NCBI GenBank assembly: GCA_965231135.1
Contig: OZ246419.1
Span: 257,488-321,487 of the forward strand
DNA: 64,000 bases
DNA from: an uncultured Gammaproteobacteria bacterium
Lineage (GTDB): Bacteria > Patescibacteriota > Microgenomatia > UBA8517
Direction: 5' to 3'
The position numbers and the translations under genes are program-made. Under the pieces are notes generated by a model. The model searched no databases, was not told the DNA's origin, and was given only the letters and a program-made list of their open reading frames with translations. How positions within the stretch are numbered: the first letter of the stretch is position 1; the number at the start of each line of letters is the position of its first letter. Shown here piece by piece: positions 1 through 9,064 of this stretch.

Positions 1-1128
1 CAAGACTTGTTCCTTCGCTTCCCATGAACTCACGAGCATAAAATCCAACTGATCCACCTGTGTCGACAAGCCATGCACCGTAATCTTGAAGGGCTTTAGC
101 GACTATTCTTGCTGGTCCTGTAGGGAGAGTGGTTATATCAAATGTCGGGTCTAATTGTAAACGGGCTCCATATGGAAGTGCATTCGGATTGGAAGAATAA
201 CCGTCGCCTGATCTTGAAGGCCACCAATAAGTGTTTTTTGATACAGCACTCCCTGAGATACTAAGTGCAAGAGCATGATTTATTTGGCCTGCGGCAATTT
301 CTTCTGGCCAAATTAGACCTCCAAAATAAGAAAGACCGTTTGCACGGCCGCCCCAGGCACCGCCATCATGCATTGTTATTCCATCTCCCACTTGGGATAG
401 ATCTGTCCAACCGTAAGCTGCATAGTTTGCCGTATAGTCGACATGCTGACCTTGGTATGTTAGATTAGCTGTTTTAAAGGACCAAGCGCTCCAGCCATGG
501 TTGTTAGTAGTATCTATGATTGCTATCTTGTGATCTGCTCCAGCACCTCCGCCATCCCATGAAGCATAAAAATTATTATCTACGGGCATTAACCCAAAAG
601 TACATTTTATTAGAGAGCCATTGTCTTGTAATCCACAAACATTTTTCCTGGGAGTATTGGAGTCTGCAAAATAAACAGGAACTGACCAGCTTTCGCCCGT
701 TCCCGAAACGACAAAAGGAGCAGTTGTTTGATTATCTGATTCGCTTGCAAGGAGTGCAATCATCTGAGATGAATTTGCGGCAATTGATTGATTGGATTCA
801 TTTATTGGTTTATTCCAGATACTGTTTGGATTAAAAGGACGAATATAGGTACCAATTGGTGCAGCAGTGGGTGATGGGGGTGAAGTTGGTGCAACCATAC
901 CATATTCTGCTAACCAGATAGTGTAGTCAATGCCATCAATTTTAGCATCAGAATTAAAGTCACCGGCGGTGAGATTTGATTTATTGAAGTTTGATAGCCA
1001 GAGGGAGTAATCAGCACTATCTACTTTGCCATCGTGATTAGCGTCAGCTTTTATGGCTTGAGCTTCCACTGAACCTTTGAGAATTAATATTAAGGATATG
1101 GCCAGAAAAACGGCTAATAGCTTCTTCA
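1..1128 (-). CDS. Secreted protein, 5'-partial in window (continues past position 1). N-terminal signal peptide followed by two dockerin-like Ca-binding repeats (DANHDGKVDSADYSLWL; GDFNSDAKIDGIDYTIWL).
   Basis: Reverse-strand translation from ATG at 1126-1128 gives MKKLLAVFLAISLILILKGSVEAQA... The frame was spot-checked open toward position 1. The ORF track omits it because it is truncated at the window edge. Confidence 0.55.
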
Positions 1129-1176
1129 TTTATAAAGATAGTACCAGATATATGGTATCATTTGTAATCAAATTAT

Positions 1177-1614
1177 ATGAAATTAATTATTCAACGAGTA
1201 AATCGAGCCAAAGTTATCAGAGTTGCCGAGGTGACAGGACAAATTGATAAAGGACTATTTGTACTAGTTGGTGTTAAAAAAGGAGATACAACAAAACAAG
1301 CTGAAGAGTTGGCAAATAAGCTTGTTAAACTGCGAATTATGTCTGACGAAAACGAAAAAATGAATTTGAACCTAGTTGATGCAAAAGGAAAAATTCTGGC
1401 TGTGTCACAGTTTACGCTTTATGCAAACACAAAAGATGGAAACAGGCCAAGTTTTTTGGATGCGGAAACTCCTGATAAGGCAAAAGTTATTTATGAACAC
1501 TTTGTAAAAATAATAAAGAATTTAGGAATTGATTGCGAAATTGGAAGCTTTGGAAATTATATGAAAATTGATACTGAACTTGATGGACCAGTGACTATTG
1601 TTTTAGAAAACTAA
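1177..1614 (+). CDS. dtd: D-aminoacyl-tRNA deacylase
   Basis: 145 aa. Has the SQFTL motif and a C-terminal GPVT motif. Collinear with E. coli Dtd. Confidence 0.9.
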   Translation: MKLIIQRVNRAKVIRVAEVTGQIDKGLFVLVGVKKGDTTKQAEELANKLVKLRIMSDENEKMNLNLVDAKGKILAVSQFTLYANTKDGNRPSFLDAETPDKAKVIYEHFVKIIKNLGIDCEIGSFGNYMKIDTELDGPVTIVLEN

Positions 1615-1640
1615 ATGATATATTATGATATAATTGTTGT

Positions 1641-2102
1641 ATGTTAAGAGATGAGAGATTAACACCTGAAAGTATTAGGCAGGGACAAGTAAATGTTCTT
1701 CTTGTTGCCGGTAAGACTCCAGATATTTTGATTAGACGTTCTTTGGTTCGCGATAGTGATATTCATATAGCAGATAGATTAATGTATAACGCAAAGAAGT
1801 TTAGAAAATTTCTTGCCAAGCCGGATGATCGGTATGATGTAGTAGTTTTTGAAGGAGATAATCTTTCTGATAGCTGGTTAAATGGACATGAAGGTATGCA
1901 ATTGGCTAGTGTAATTAAAATCAGAAAACCTGATCTTCCAGTTATTTTAGTCAGTTCAACTCTTGATCTTGAAACTCTTAAAAGTGGATTTAATTTGGGA
2001 ATTGACAACATGTTTCATCGTGCATTATTCTTTGGAGATCAGGAAGAAGAACACAAAGGTTTGTGGTTAGTAGATGCGGTTAAGAAAAGTGCTTCTAAAT
2101 AA
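1641..2102 (+). CDS. Hypothetical protein with a degenerate receiver (REC)-like fold
   Basis: Pattern VNVLLVAG...DVVVFEGD...PVILVSS...GFNLGIDNMF resembles CheY-like beta-alpha repeats. A Glu sits at the expected phospho-acceptor position and the acidic DD pair is absent. Confidence 0.35.
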   Translation: MLRDERLTPESIRQGQVNVLLVAGKTPDILIRRSLVRDSDIHIADRLMYNAKKFRKFLAKPDDRYDVVVFEGDNLSDSWLNGHEGMQLASVIKIRKPDLPVILVSSTLDLETLKSGFNLGIDNMFHRALFFGDQEEEHKGLWLVDAVKKSASK

Positions 2103-2694
2103 GCCTGTTCTCTTTTAAAAATTCTTTGACCAGTCTTTCACTTCGGTATTGCTGGCCAATACTGACAAATAATTTGTTTGTTTCACTCCAATATTTTTTT
2201 GGAAGAACTTCCATTAATTTTATTTCTGTTTCTTCTGGAGTTTTGGTGTGAACCCAGCCGAGCATGTTGCTTATTTTAAAGACATGTGTATCAACTGCAA
2301 TTGCGGGAGTATTAAAGGCGCGATTAATAACTAAATTAGCAGTTTTTCTTCCTACACCTGGCAGTTCCATTAATTCTTCACGAGTGTCTGGAATTTTATC
2401 GATTGTGTGAGCTAATTCGTAAATGTGTTTGGCTTTGGTTTTATAGAAACTAATTGGTTTAATTATTTCTTCAATTTTATTTTGACTTAATTTTTTTAAA
2501 GATTTTAAGTCAGGGGCGACTTTAAATAAATCTTTGGCGACGTTTACTGTTACGCTATCGCGAGTTCTTGCTGACATCAGGGTTGAAATTAAAGCAGTGT
2601 AGGGATCTGTAAAAATTTCAAGGGGAACTAAAACGTAATGTTTTTTGAATATTTTAAAGACTTCTTTGTAATTATTCATAACCTTCTCTAACAA
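2095..2694 (-). CDS. nth: Endonuclease III family DNA glycosylase (HhH-GPD), without a C-terminal Fe-S cysteine cluster
   Basis: LPGVGRKTANLV helix-hairpin-helix motif, followed by the GPD-region Asp in AVDTHV. Confidence 0.75.
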   Translation of the reverse strand: MLEKVMNNYKEVFKIFKKHYVLVPLEIFTDPYTALISTLMSARTRDSVTVNVAKDLFKVAPDLKSLKKLSQNKIEEIIKPISFYKTKAKHIYELAHTIDKIPDTREELMELPGVGRKTANLVINRAFNTPAIAVDTHVFKISNMLGWVHTKTPEETEIKLMEVLPKKYWSETNKLFVSIGQQYRSERLVKEFLKENRLI

Positions 2695-2741
2695 AAGTAT
2701 CCCGAATAAACGGGAGTACTTTTGTGTTTTAAAATGAAAGA

Positions 2742-2885
2742 TTATTTATTGCTTCCGATTTTAAACATTGTTGTGCCACAAACTTCACAAACTGCTTTTG
2801 TAGCCTTTTTACCATTTTTCATGGTAACTTCTTGTGCATCTTTTCCTTCTCTTTTTGTTCTGCACTTTACGCAATACATTGACAT
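2742..2885 (-). CDS. Small zinc-ribbon protein (DUF5679-like), 47 aa: MSMYCVKCRTKREGKDAQEVTMKNGKKATKAVCEVCGTTMFKIGSNK
   Basis: Manual reverse-strand translation. Two CxxC pairs. Antisense to the track's probably spurious ORF 2722..2910 and not listed in the ORF track. Confidence 0.5.
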   Translation of the reverse strand: MSMYCVKCRTKREGKDAQEVTMKNGKKATKAVCEVCGTTMFKIGSNK

Positions 2886-3043
2886 TTATGAATCACCCCC
2901 ATTCGAATGAGACCAGTATAACACTGAAGTAAGATAGGCACGAAATTAACTTTTTTAAAAATATGTTTTTATCAGCTTCAATTAAAATAAATTTGCCGAA
3001 AGATCAAATAAATTCGCGATTTGTAATTTATGAAATTTTATTT

Positions 3044-3072
3044 TTGAAATGCTACTTGACAGGCCGTATAAT
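3044..3072 (+). promoter_or_regulatory. Sigma70-like promoter: TTGAAA, 17-nt spacer, TATAAT. The -10 ends 6 nt before the ATG at 3079, so the mRNA is probably leaderless.
   Basis: Read directly from the sequence. No SD precedes 3079. Confidence 0.45.
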
Positions 3073-3078
3073 TATTAG

Positions 3079-3510
3079 ATGGAAACTAACCCCTTGATAA
3101 TAATTTTATTTCTTGTCACACTATTATGGTTAGGCGGTTTGACGTTTTTTTTAGTCAAAATTTTTAAGCAGTTAACTGAGTTTAATAAAGGAATAAAACA
3201 AATTAATTTTGATTTAAATAAAGATATTGTTTCTGATATTAATAAAAAATTAAGATATTTGGAAGGACGTGAACTTACTCATATTCAAAAAGTTGGTATG
3301 ATAAGATTTAATCCCTTTAATGAAACTGGAGGAGATAATAGTTTTGCAATTTCACTTCTTGATGGAGAAGCAAACGGAATTGTAATAACAGGGCTCCACA
3401 GTAGAGATAAAACTCGAATATATGCTAAAAAAATTGAAAAAGGACAGAGTAAATTTGAACTATCTAAAGAAGAACAAGCAGCGGTAAGCTTAGGAATAAG
3501 ACAAAGATAA
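3079..3510 (+). CDS. Membrane-anchored hypothetical protein (DUF4446-like)
   Basis: N-terminal TM helix. IRFNPFNETGGDNSFAISLLD...GIVITGLH pattern. Confidence 0.45.
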   Translation: METNPLIIILFLVTLLWLGGLTFFLVKIFKQLTEFNKGIKQINFDLNKDIVSDINKKLRYLEGRELTHIQKVGMIRFNPFNETGGDNSFAISLLDGEANGIVITGLHSRDKTRIYAKKIEKGQSKFELSKEEQAAVSLGIRQR

Positions 3511-4733
3511 TGCAGAAATTTAATAAATTAATGAAAACAAAATGGGGAATGATTGGATTTTTTGTTGTTCTTTTTGTGATTGCTGTCGGACTTTCATGGG
3601 TTTTATTCTCATTTGTATTTAAAGCAAATACTCCTGGAGTGAACAGTGCAAATGTAAATGATGCAAGAAGCAAAATTGCAAGCCTTCCAAAAACTGAACC
3701 GTGCCCTATTAATGGTGAACTTTATACTTCTGAGGAAAAATCTATCTGGAATGGACGACGTCCTGCATTTGTAATGGTTGAAAATCATGTTGATTCAAGG
3801 CCACCAAACGGGCTTTCAAAGGCTGACTGGGTATATGAGGCCGTAGCAGAAGGGGGAATTACAAGATTTGGAGCTGTATTTTATTGCGGAACTGCTGCAG
3901 GAGACGTGACTGTTGCACCAGTTCGTAGCTCCAGGGTCTACTTTATAAATAGCGCTTCTGAGTACGGAGATAGGCCGCTTTATGTACACGTAGGGGGGGC
4001 AAATGATTACGGGGCAAATGGCGGGCCAAAGCCTAACGGGGAAATTGATCCAAGAGTTGATGCTCTTGGGCTTTTGACACAAATTGGTTGGAGAATTCCT
4101 GGAGGAAATGATTATGATGCATCTTATGATGCGGGATACCCAATATTTTTTAGGAATCTTGAACGATTAGGACATCCGATTGCTATTGAACACACAATGG
4201 AAATTTCAACTGATGCACTTTATCAGGATGCCGAGAAACGAGGACTTGCCTATACTGCAAAAGACGGAACTCCTTGGACTAAAGGATTTGTTCCTTATAA
4301 TTTTGTTGATGATAATAAAGCAAGCAGCCCTACTGCAACTGACATTAAGTTTGATTTTTGGAGCAGTCAGCCTGATTACAGCGTTGAATGGAAATATGAT
4401 GCTAAAAATAATGATTATCTTCGATGGGATGGAGGCCAGCCTCATACTGACGGAGATTATAATAATGTACAACTTTCAGCAAAAAATATTATTGTGATGC
4501 AAGTACAAGAAACTGGGCCAGTTGATAGTGAGGAGCATATGATTGAGCAAAATATAGGAACTGGTAAAGCACTACTTTTCCAAAACGGAACAGTTACAAA
4601 TATTACCTGGACCAAAAATGACAGGACAAGCAGAACAAAGTTTACTGACGGCAATGGAAAAGAAATTTCATTTGTAAGAGGAGTTACCTGGGTTGAGGAA
4701 ATTCCATCAGGAAATAGTGTAAATTATAATTAG
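3510..4733 (+). CDS. DUF3048 (YerB-like) exported protein
   Basis: Signal anchor. FVMVENHVDSRP...GLSKADWVYEAVAEGGITRFGAVFY matches the DUF3048 N-domain pattern. Confidence 0.5.
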   Translation: MQKFNKLMKTKWGMIGFFVVLFVIAVGLSWVLFSFVFKANTPGVNSANVNDARSKIASLPKTEPCPINGELYTSEEKSIWNGRRPAFVMVENHVDSRPPNGLSKADWVYEAVAEGGITRFGAVFYCGTAAGDVTVAPVRSSRVYFINSASEYGDRPLYVHVGGANDYGANGGPKPNGEIDPRVDALGLLTQIGWRIPGGNDYDASYDAGYPIFFRNLERLGHPIAIEHTMEISTDALYQDAEKRGLAYTAKDGTPWTKGFVPYNFVDDNKASSPTATDIKFDFWSSQPDYSVEWKYDAKNNDYLRWDGGQPHTDGDYNNVQLSAKNIIVMQVQETGPVDSEEHMIEQNIGTGKALLFQNGTVTNITWTKNDRTSRTKFTDGNGKEISFVRGVTWVEEIPSGNSVNYN

Positions 4734-4779
4734 TAAAGTCTGCCCTTTTGTGTTATGATCGAGTAAATTAAATTATCAT

Positions 4780-5364
4780 ATGGCAGATCTTTCGAATATT
4801 ATTACTTCAAAAGTTAGAATTGAAATTTTGGAACTTTTTTATTCCAATCCTACAGAAATGTACCATGTGCGAGGAATTGTTCGCGAAATTAATGAAGAAA
4901 TTAATGCAGTAAGGCGAGAACTTACAAAACTTGAATCCGCCGGAATTATTAAAAAAGAGGCGAGAGGAAATAGAGTTTATTATTTTTTGAGAGAAGATTA
5001 TGAAATGTATGGAGATTTAATCTCTATGGTAGCTAAAACTAAAGGATTGGGTAGAGACTTAATTGCAAATAAAGGCAAAATTGGAAGACCTCTTTATATT
5101 ATGTTTAGCGGACGTTTTGCAAGGCATAAGAAGCGCAAAAAAGATGATGATGTTGATATTTTAGTTGTTGGAGATATTACTCTTCCGGAGCTTGCAACGT
5201 TAATTAGAGCTGAAGAATCAAGGCGAAAAGGAGAAATTAATTATACTGTGATGACAAGGGATGAACTGCTTTTTCGTAAACAGCGACGTGATCCGTTTCT
5301 TGCTGGAATACTTTCAATGAGCAGAGTTATGGTTATTGGTGATGAGGATGATTTAGTTAGCTAG
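4780..5364 (+). CDS. Winged-helix DNA-binding domain fused to a minimal nucleotidyltransferase-like domain
   Basis: N-terminal wHTH (VRIEILELF...YHVRGIVREI). C-terminal FSGRFARHKK..DDDVDILVVGD resembles the Pol-beta NTase GS...D.D motif. Confidence 0.45.
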   Translation: MADLSNIITSKVRIEILELFYSNPTEMYHVRGIVREINEEINAVRRELTKLESAGIIKKEARGNRVYYFLREDYEMYGDLISMVAKTKGLGRDLIANKGKIGRPLYIMFSGRFARHKKRKKDDDVDILVVGDITLPELATLIRAEESRRKGEINYTVMTRDELLFRKQRRDPFLAGILSMSRVMVIGDEDDLVS

Positions 5365-5373
5365 ATAAAATAT

Positions 5374-5760
5374 ATGTCAGAAATTGAAAAAGGATCAGAA
5401 TATTCAGATCGAGGAAGATTTGAAAGAGAAAGAGCTGGTGGTGGCTCTCCAAGAAGTGGTATTGATATGTGGCTTCACTGTAAAAAAGCAATTCCGCAAG
5501 TAGATGTTCTTTCAGAACCAAGACAGAGTGAAGGACCAAGAGAGGGGTTTAATTCTGATTATAGTTGTGATGATCCGAATATTGTTAAACTTGCTAGGGA
5601 AAGCGGGCGTAAGATTGATTCTTACTCTAATAAATCTGGTAAAGTTGTTTTTGAAGCAGTTGAGATGGTTGCTGGTGGAGATTATAGAATGGAAAGAATA
5701 CAGTCAGGTGTTTGGTGTGCAAAGATTAATTGTCCTTTCTTTGAACTTAGAGAGTCTTAA
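5374..5760 (+). CDS. Hypothetical protein (128 aa), no recognisable domain
   Basis: Open frame with slightly higher GC than its surroundings. No clear SD. Overlaps the 3' end of cca by 14 nt. Confidence 0.3.
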   Translation: MSEIEKGSEYSDRGRFERERAGGGSPRSGIDMWLHCKKAIPQVDVLSEPRQSEGPREGFNSDYSCDDPNIVKLARESGRKIDSYSNKSGKVVFEAVEMVAGGDYRMERIQSGVWCAKINCPFFELRES

Positions 5761-7096
5761 TTCTTTTTAATAAATCTTCTTTTGTATTTTCTAATTTCTT
5801 TTCTTCAACTTCTTTAAACAAGCTTTCTAAAATCTCTCCGATTTTTTTGCTTGGTTTTAGATTTAATTCTTTCATTACATCAGTACCATTTATTTTTAAA
5901 TCTTTAATTGAAAATGGCTGCTTTTGAACTTCTAATAATCTCTTTTTAAATTCTTCTGTTCGCCAACTTGTAAGCTTTGCTCCACTTCCTACTCGATCTG
6001 CAGTGCGCAAAATTAACATGTCATCCAAATACTCTGGTGTTACATTTTTTATAAATCTTCTAATTGCAGAATCAGTTTGAAATTCATTGACAGTAAATTG
6101 ATGCCATCTTACTAATTTTGTTAATTTATCGGTTTCTTTTTTGGAAAATCGCAAACGATCTGCAATTTGAAAAGCGATTTTTGTGCCGGCAACTTCGTGA
6201 TTATAAAAAGTGATAGTGCCGTTTTCTAATTTTTTAAAAGTTTGAGGCTTTCCAATATCGTGAATTAAAATGGCAAAATTGGTGACTGGATCTTTTGAAG
6301 TACTTGATTTTAATGCCATTAGAGAATGAGTGCCAACATCGTAAATATGATGGCGATTAGGAGATTTTTGTTCGACGCCAAACATTTTGTAAACTTCCGG
6401 CAAAATGATTTCAAGTAACATGGAATCTTTTAACAAAATTATTCCCTCATATGAATGATTTGAAGATAAAATTTTGAAGAGTTCTTCTTTTATTCTTTCT
6501 TTGGAAATTTTGGTGATCAAATTTGCATTTGATTTTATTGCATCGAGAGTTTTATTTTCTATTTTGAAATTTAATTGAGAAGCGATGCGAATTGCTCGTA
6601 TCATGCGAAGAGCGTCTTCTGTAAATCTATCTCCCGGATTACCAACTGCTTTTATTATTTTTCTATCTAAATCTTTTTGGCCATTATAAATATCAATTAC
6701 TTCGTAATTGTTTTTATTTTGTTTTAAAGCGAGAGCGTTAATTGTAAAGTCACGTCTTGCAAGATCTTCTTCCAAAGTTTTTCCCCATTCAACTTTTTCA
6801 GGGTGGCGAGAATCTTTGTAACCAGACTCTGTACGAAAAGTTGTAATTTCAAAAGGATCTAAATCTTTACTATTACTTGGGAAACCAACTGTCCCAAATT
6901 TGTTGTCATAATATGCATCTTCCCCTAATGTTTTTAAAATTTGATCAGGGGTTGCATTGGTTGTGAAATCCCAATCGTTGGGAATTTTTCCAGTTAATAA
7001 ATCACGGACTGCCCCGCCGACAATATAAATCTCGAAATTTTCATTTTCAAATTTTGATAAAATATTTTTTACTTCTTGTGGTATATTGAAATTCAT
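5747..7096 (-). CDS. cca: CCA-adding tRNA nucleotidyltransferase with HD domain
   Basis: IYIVGGAVRDLLTG and NDWDF motifs. The ATG start (MNFNIPQEV) is preferred over the track's TTG at 7108. Confidence 0.85.
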   Translation of the reverse strand: MNFNIPQEVKNILSKFENENFEIYIVGGAVRDLLTGKIPNDWDFTTNATPDQILKTLGEDAYYDNKFGTVGFPSNSKDLDPFEITTFRTESGYKDSRHPEKVEWGKTLEEDLARRDFTINALALKQNKNNYEVIDIYNGQKDLDRKIIKAVGNPGDRFTEDALRMIRAIRIASQLNFKIENKTLDAIKSNANLITKISKERIKEELFKILSSNHSYEGIILLKDSMLLEIILPEVYKMFGVEQKSPNRHHIYDVGTHSLMALKSSTSKDPVTNFAILIHDIGKPQTFKKLENGTITFYNHEVAGTKIAFQIADRLRFSKKETDKLTKLVRWHQFTVNEFQTDSAIRRFIKNVTPEYLDDMLILRTADRVGSGAKLTSWRTEEFKKRLLEVQKQPFSIKDLKINGTDVMKELNLKPSKKIGEILESLFKEVEEKKLENTKEDLLKRIKTL

Positions 7097-8755
7097 ATGG
7101 CATCTCAATTATACCCTAAAAAAGTCTGGCAGATTTTAAACACTGATGAAAAAAAAGATATTGTTGATGTACTTCTTGAAAACCGTAATCTAAAAACAAA
7201 AAAAGAGAAAGATGATTTTTTTGATCCAATTAAACCAGAAGACATCAAGTTAAAAGATTTAGAAATTGATGTAAGCGAAATTAAAAAAGCAATCAAAAGA
7301 ATAAATTTGGCAAAAAAAAATAATGAAAAAGTTTTTGTTTATGGAGATTATGATGCTGATGGAGTGACTGCGACTGCAATTATGTGGGAAGCACTTCATA
7401 AATTAAAAGTTGATGCAATGCCTTATATTCCTGATAGATTTATTGAAGGATATGGAATTAATAAAAAAACGCTTGCGCGGTTAAAACAGGAAAACGAAAA
7501 CCTGAAAGTTATAATCACGGTTGATAACGGAATAGTAGCTTACGAAGCGATAGATGCTGCCGAAAAACTTGGGATAGATATTATTGTTACAGACCATCAC
7601 GAAGCGGAAAAAAAGAAAAATAAACAAGTTTGTCATCCTGATAAAGCGTTTGCAATAATTCATACAAAAAAAATTTGCGGAAGTGCAATCTCATGGATAG
7701 TTGCACGAGAACTTGGAGTAACAACTGGACTTGAACTTGCAGGAATTGGGACAATTGCGGATCAAATGCCACTGACCGCTGCAAATAGATCTTTTGCAAA
7801 ATATGGAATAGAAGCATTAAAGAAAACTAAAAGAGCAGGACTTATTGAACTACTCCACGACGCAAAAGTAGAAATGGAAAATATTTCGACTTATGAAATA
7901 AATTATATTATTGCGCCGCGAATCAATGCGATGGGAAGACTTGTACATGCAATTGAAGCGCTACGACTTCTTTGTGTAAAGGATCCTAAGCGTGCCAAAG
8001 AGTTGGCAAAATTAATTTCTAAAACAAATTCACAAAGACAAGAAATTGTGGAAAAGACAGTAGTAAGTACACAAAGAAAGATGGAAAACTTTAATGATTC
8101 GATAATTTTTTTAAGCGATAAAAATTATCATGAGGGAGTAATAGGGCTTGCAGCAGGGCGACTTGTTGAAGAGTTTTATTTACCTGCAATTGTTGTCTCT
8201 CGGGGGCGCGAATTTAGTAAAGGAAGTGCCCGCAGCATTGAAGGGATAAATATTATTGAAATGATTCGGGAACATGCTGAAATTCTTGTAGCGCATGGAG
8301 GGCACACAATGGCTGCTGGATTTACAATAAAAACTTCGAAAATTGAGGAATTTCAAAAAAGATTAAACAAAACTGCCAAAAAACTTTTAACTGATGAAAT
8401 TTTACAGAGAAAATTAAAGATCGATTCTCTACTTGATTTTAAATTGATTAATTGGGAACTTGTAAAGAAAATAAAACAATTTGAACCGACTGGAAACGGA
8501 AATCCAACTCCAAGCTTTGTAACGCAAACTGTAAAAATTATTGATAAAAGATTACTTGGGAAGGATAAAACACATTTGAAATTAAAACTATCAAAGGATA
8601 GTAAATTTTTTGATGCAATTGGATTTGGAATTGCGAAAGATTTTTCAAATTTAGAAAAAGGAGATCTGGTAGATGTTTGCTATAACATTGAAGAAAATGA
8701 ATGGAATGGAGTAAAAAGTTTACAATTAAGAATTAGAGATTTGAAGCAGGTTTGA
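7097..8755 (+). CDS. recJ: Single-stranded-DNA-specific exonuclease RecJ
   Basis: DHH motifs (VFVYGDYDADGVTA; ITVDNG; IIVTDHHE) and a DHHA1 region. ATG at 7097 directly abuts the cca ATG, forming the palindrome CATATG. Confidence 0.85.
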   Translation: MASQLYPKKVWQILNTDEKKDIVDVLLENRNLKTKKEKDDFFDPIKPEDIKLKDLEIDVSEIKKAIKRINLAKKNNEKVFVYGDYDADGVTATAIMWEALHKLKVDAMPYIPDRFIEGYGINKKTLARLKQENENLKVIITVDNGIVAYEAIDAAEKLGIDIIVTDHHEAEKKKNKQVCHPDKAFAIIHTKKICGSAISWIVARELGVTTGLELAGIGTIADQMPLTAANRSFAKYGIEALKKTKRAGLIELLHDAKVEMENISTYEINYIIAPRINAMGRLVHAIEALRLLCVKDPKRAKELAKLISKTNSQRQEIVEKTVVSTQRKMENFNDSIIFLSDKNYHEGVIGLAAGRLVEEFYLPAIVVSRGREFSKGSARSIEGINIIEMIREHAEILVAHGGHTMAAGFTIKTSKIEEFQKRLNKTAKKLLTDEILQRKLKIDSLLDFKLINWELVKKIKQFEPTGNGNPTPSFVTQTVKIIDKRLLGKDKTHLKLKLSKDSKFFDAIGFGIAKDFSNLEKGDLVDVCYNIEENEWNGVKSLQLRIRDLKQV

Positions 8756-8936
8756 TTTCTTTTGTTTTTCTAATTTTCATTCCACTTGTTTCTGTTTTTA
8801 TGTCCATTGTGTTTGTTCCGTCAGGATGAACATCTATATTTATCTCTAGGGATGATTCTTCACACGCTCTTCTTCTTGCTTGTAACAAGTATTCAATTTC
8901 GTTAATAGTTGTTGGTGATATTGTCTCTTTTGGCAT
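8733..8936 (-). CDS. Candidate small protein (67 aa, MPKETISPTTINEIEYLLQARRRACEES...). Uncertain.
   Basis: The only in-frame ATG is in the track ORF 8733..8978, which starts at GTG. An AGGAGG lies 15 nt upstream but is sequestered in a perfect hairpin. Confidence 0.2.
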   Translation of the reverse strand: MPKETISPTTINEIEYLLQARRRACEESSLEINIDVHPDGTNTMDIKTETSGMKIRKTKEIKPASNL

Positions 8937-8949
8937 AAAACCATTAAAA

Positions 8950-9000
8950 AACCTCCTTTTCAGGAGGTTAAAATTCACGCTTAACCTCCCGCTTTAAGCG
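8950..9000. promoter_or_regulatory. Two adjacent stem-loops built from anti-SD/SD-like sequence. Hairpin 1: AACCUCC-UUUUCA-GGAGGUU (8950-8969). Hairpin 2: CGCUUAA-CCUCCCGCU-UUAAGCG (8978-9000).
   Basis: Perfect 7-bp stems read directly from the sequence. On the minus strand hairpin 1 is followed by a U-tract. Confidence 0.5.
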
Positions 9001-9013
9001 AGGTGATTAATTA

Positions 9014-9064
9014 ATGTTGGGAAAACTTTTACTGTTAACATTTCGACTGTATTTTAGCAATTGA
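9014..9064 (+). CDS. Candidate 16-aa upstream ORF (MLGKLLLLTFRLYFSN), probably translationally coupled to aspS
   Basis: AGGTGA SD at 9001-9006 with a 7-nt spacer. Its TGA stop (9062-9064) overlaps the aspS TTG start (9061-9063) in a TTGA motif. Confidence 0.35.
   Translation: MLGKLLLLTFRLYFSN

Noticed and set aside
265-834. Plus-strand ORFs 265..468 and 520..834
   Set aside because: They are antisense to the long signal-peptide/dockerin ORF running 1128 to 1 on the minus strand. Composition is atypical and they are treated as spurious.
3055-3072. TTGACA next to TATAAT as a promoter pair
   Set aside because: Spacer is only 5 nt. The properly spaced -35 is TTGAAA at 3044-3049.
8756-9060. T-box riboswitch upstream of aspS
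   Set aside because: No T-box consensus (AGGGUGGNACCGCG) or specifier-loop architecture. The hairpins are short perfect SD/anti-SD stems instead.
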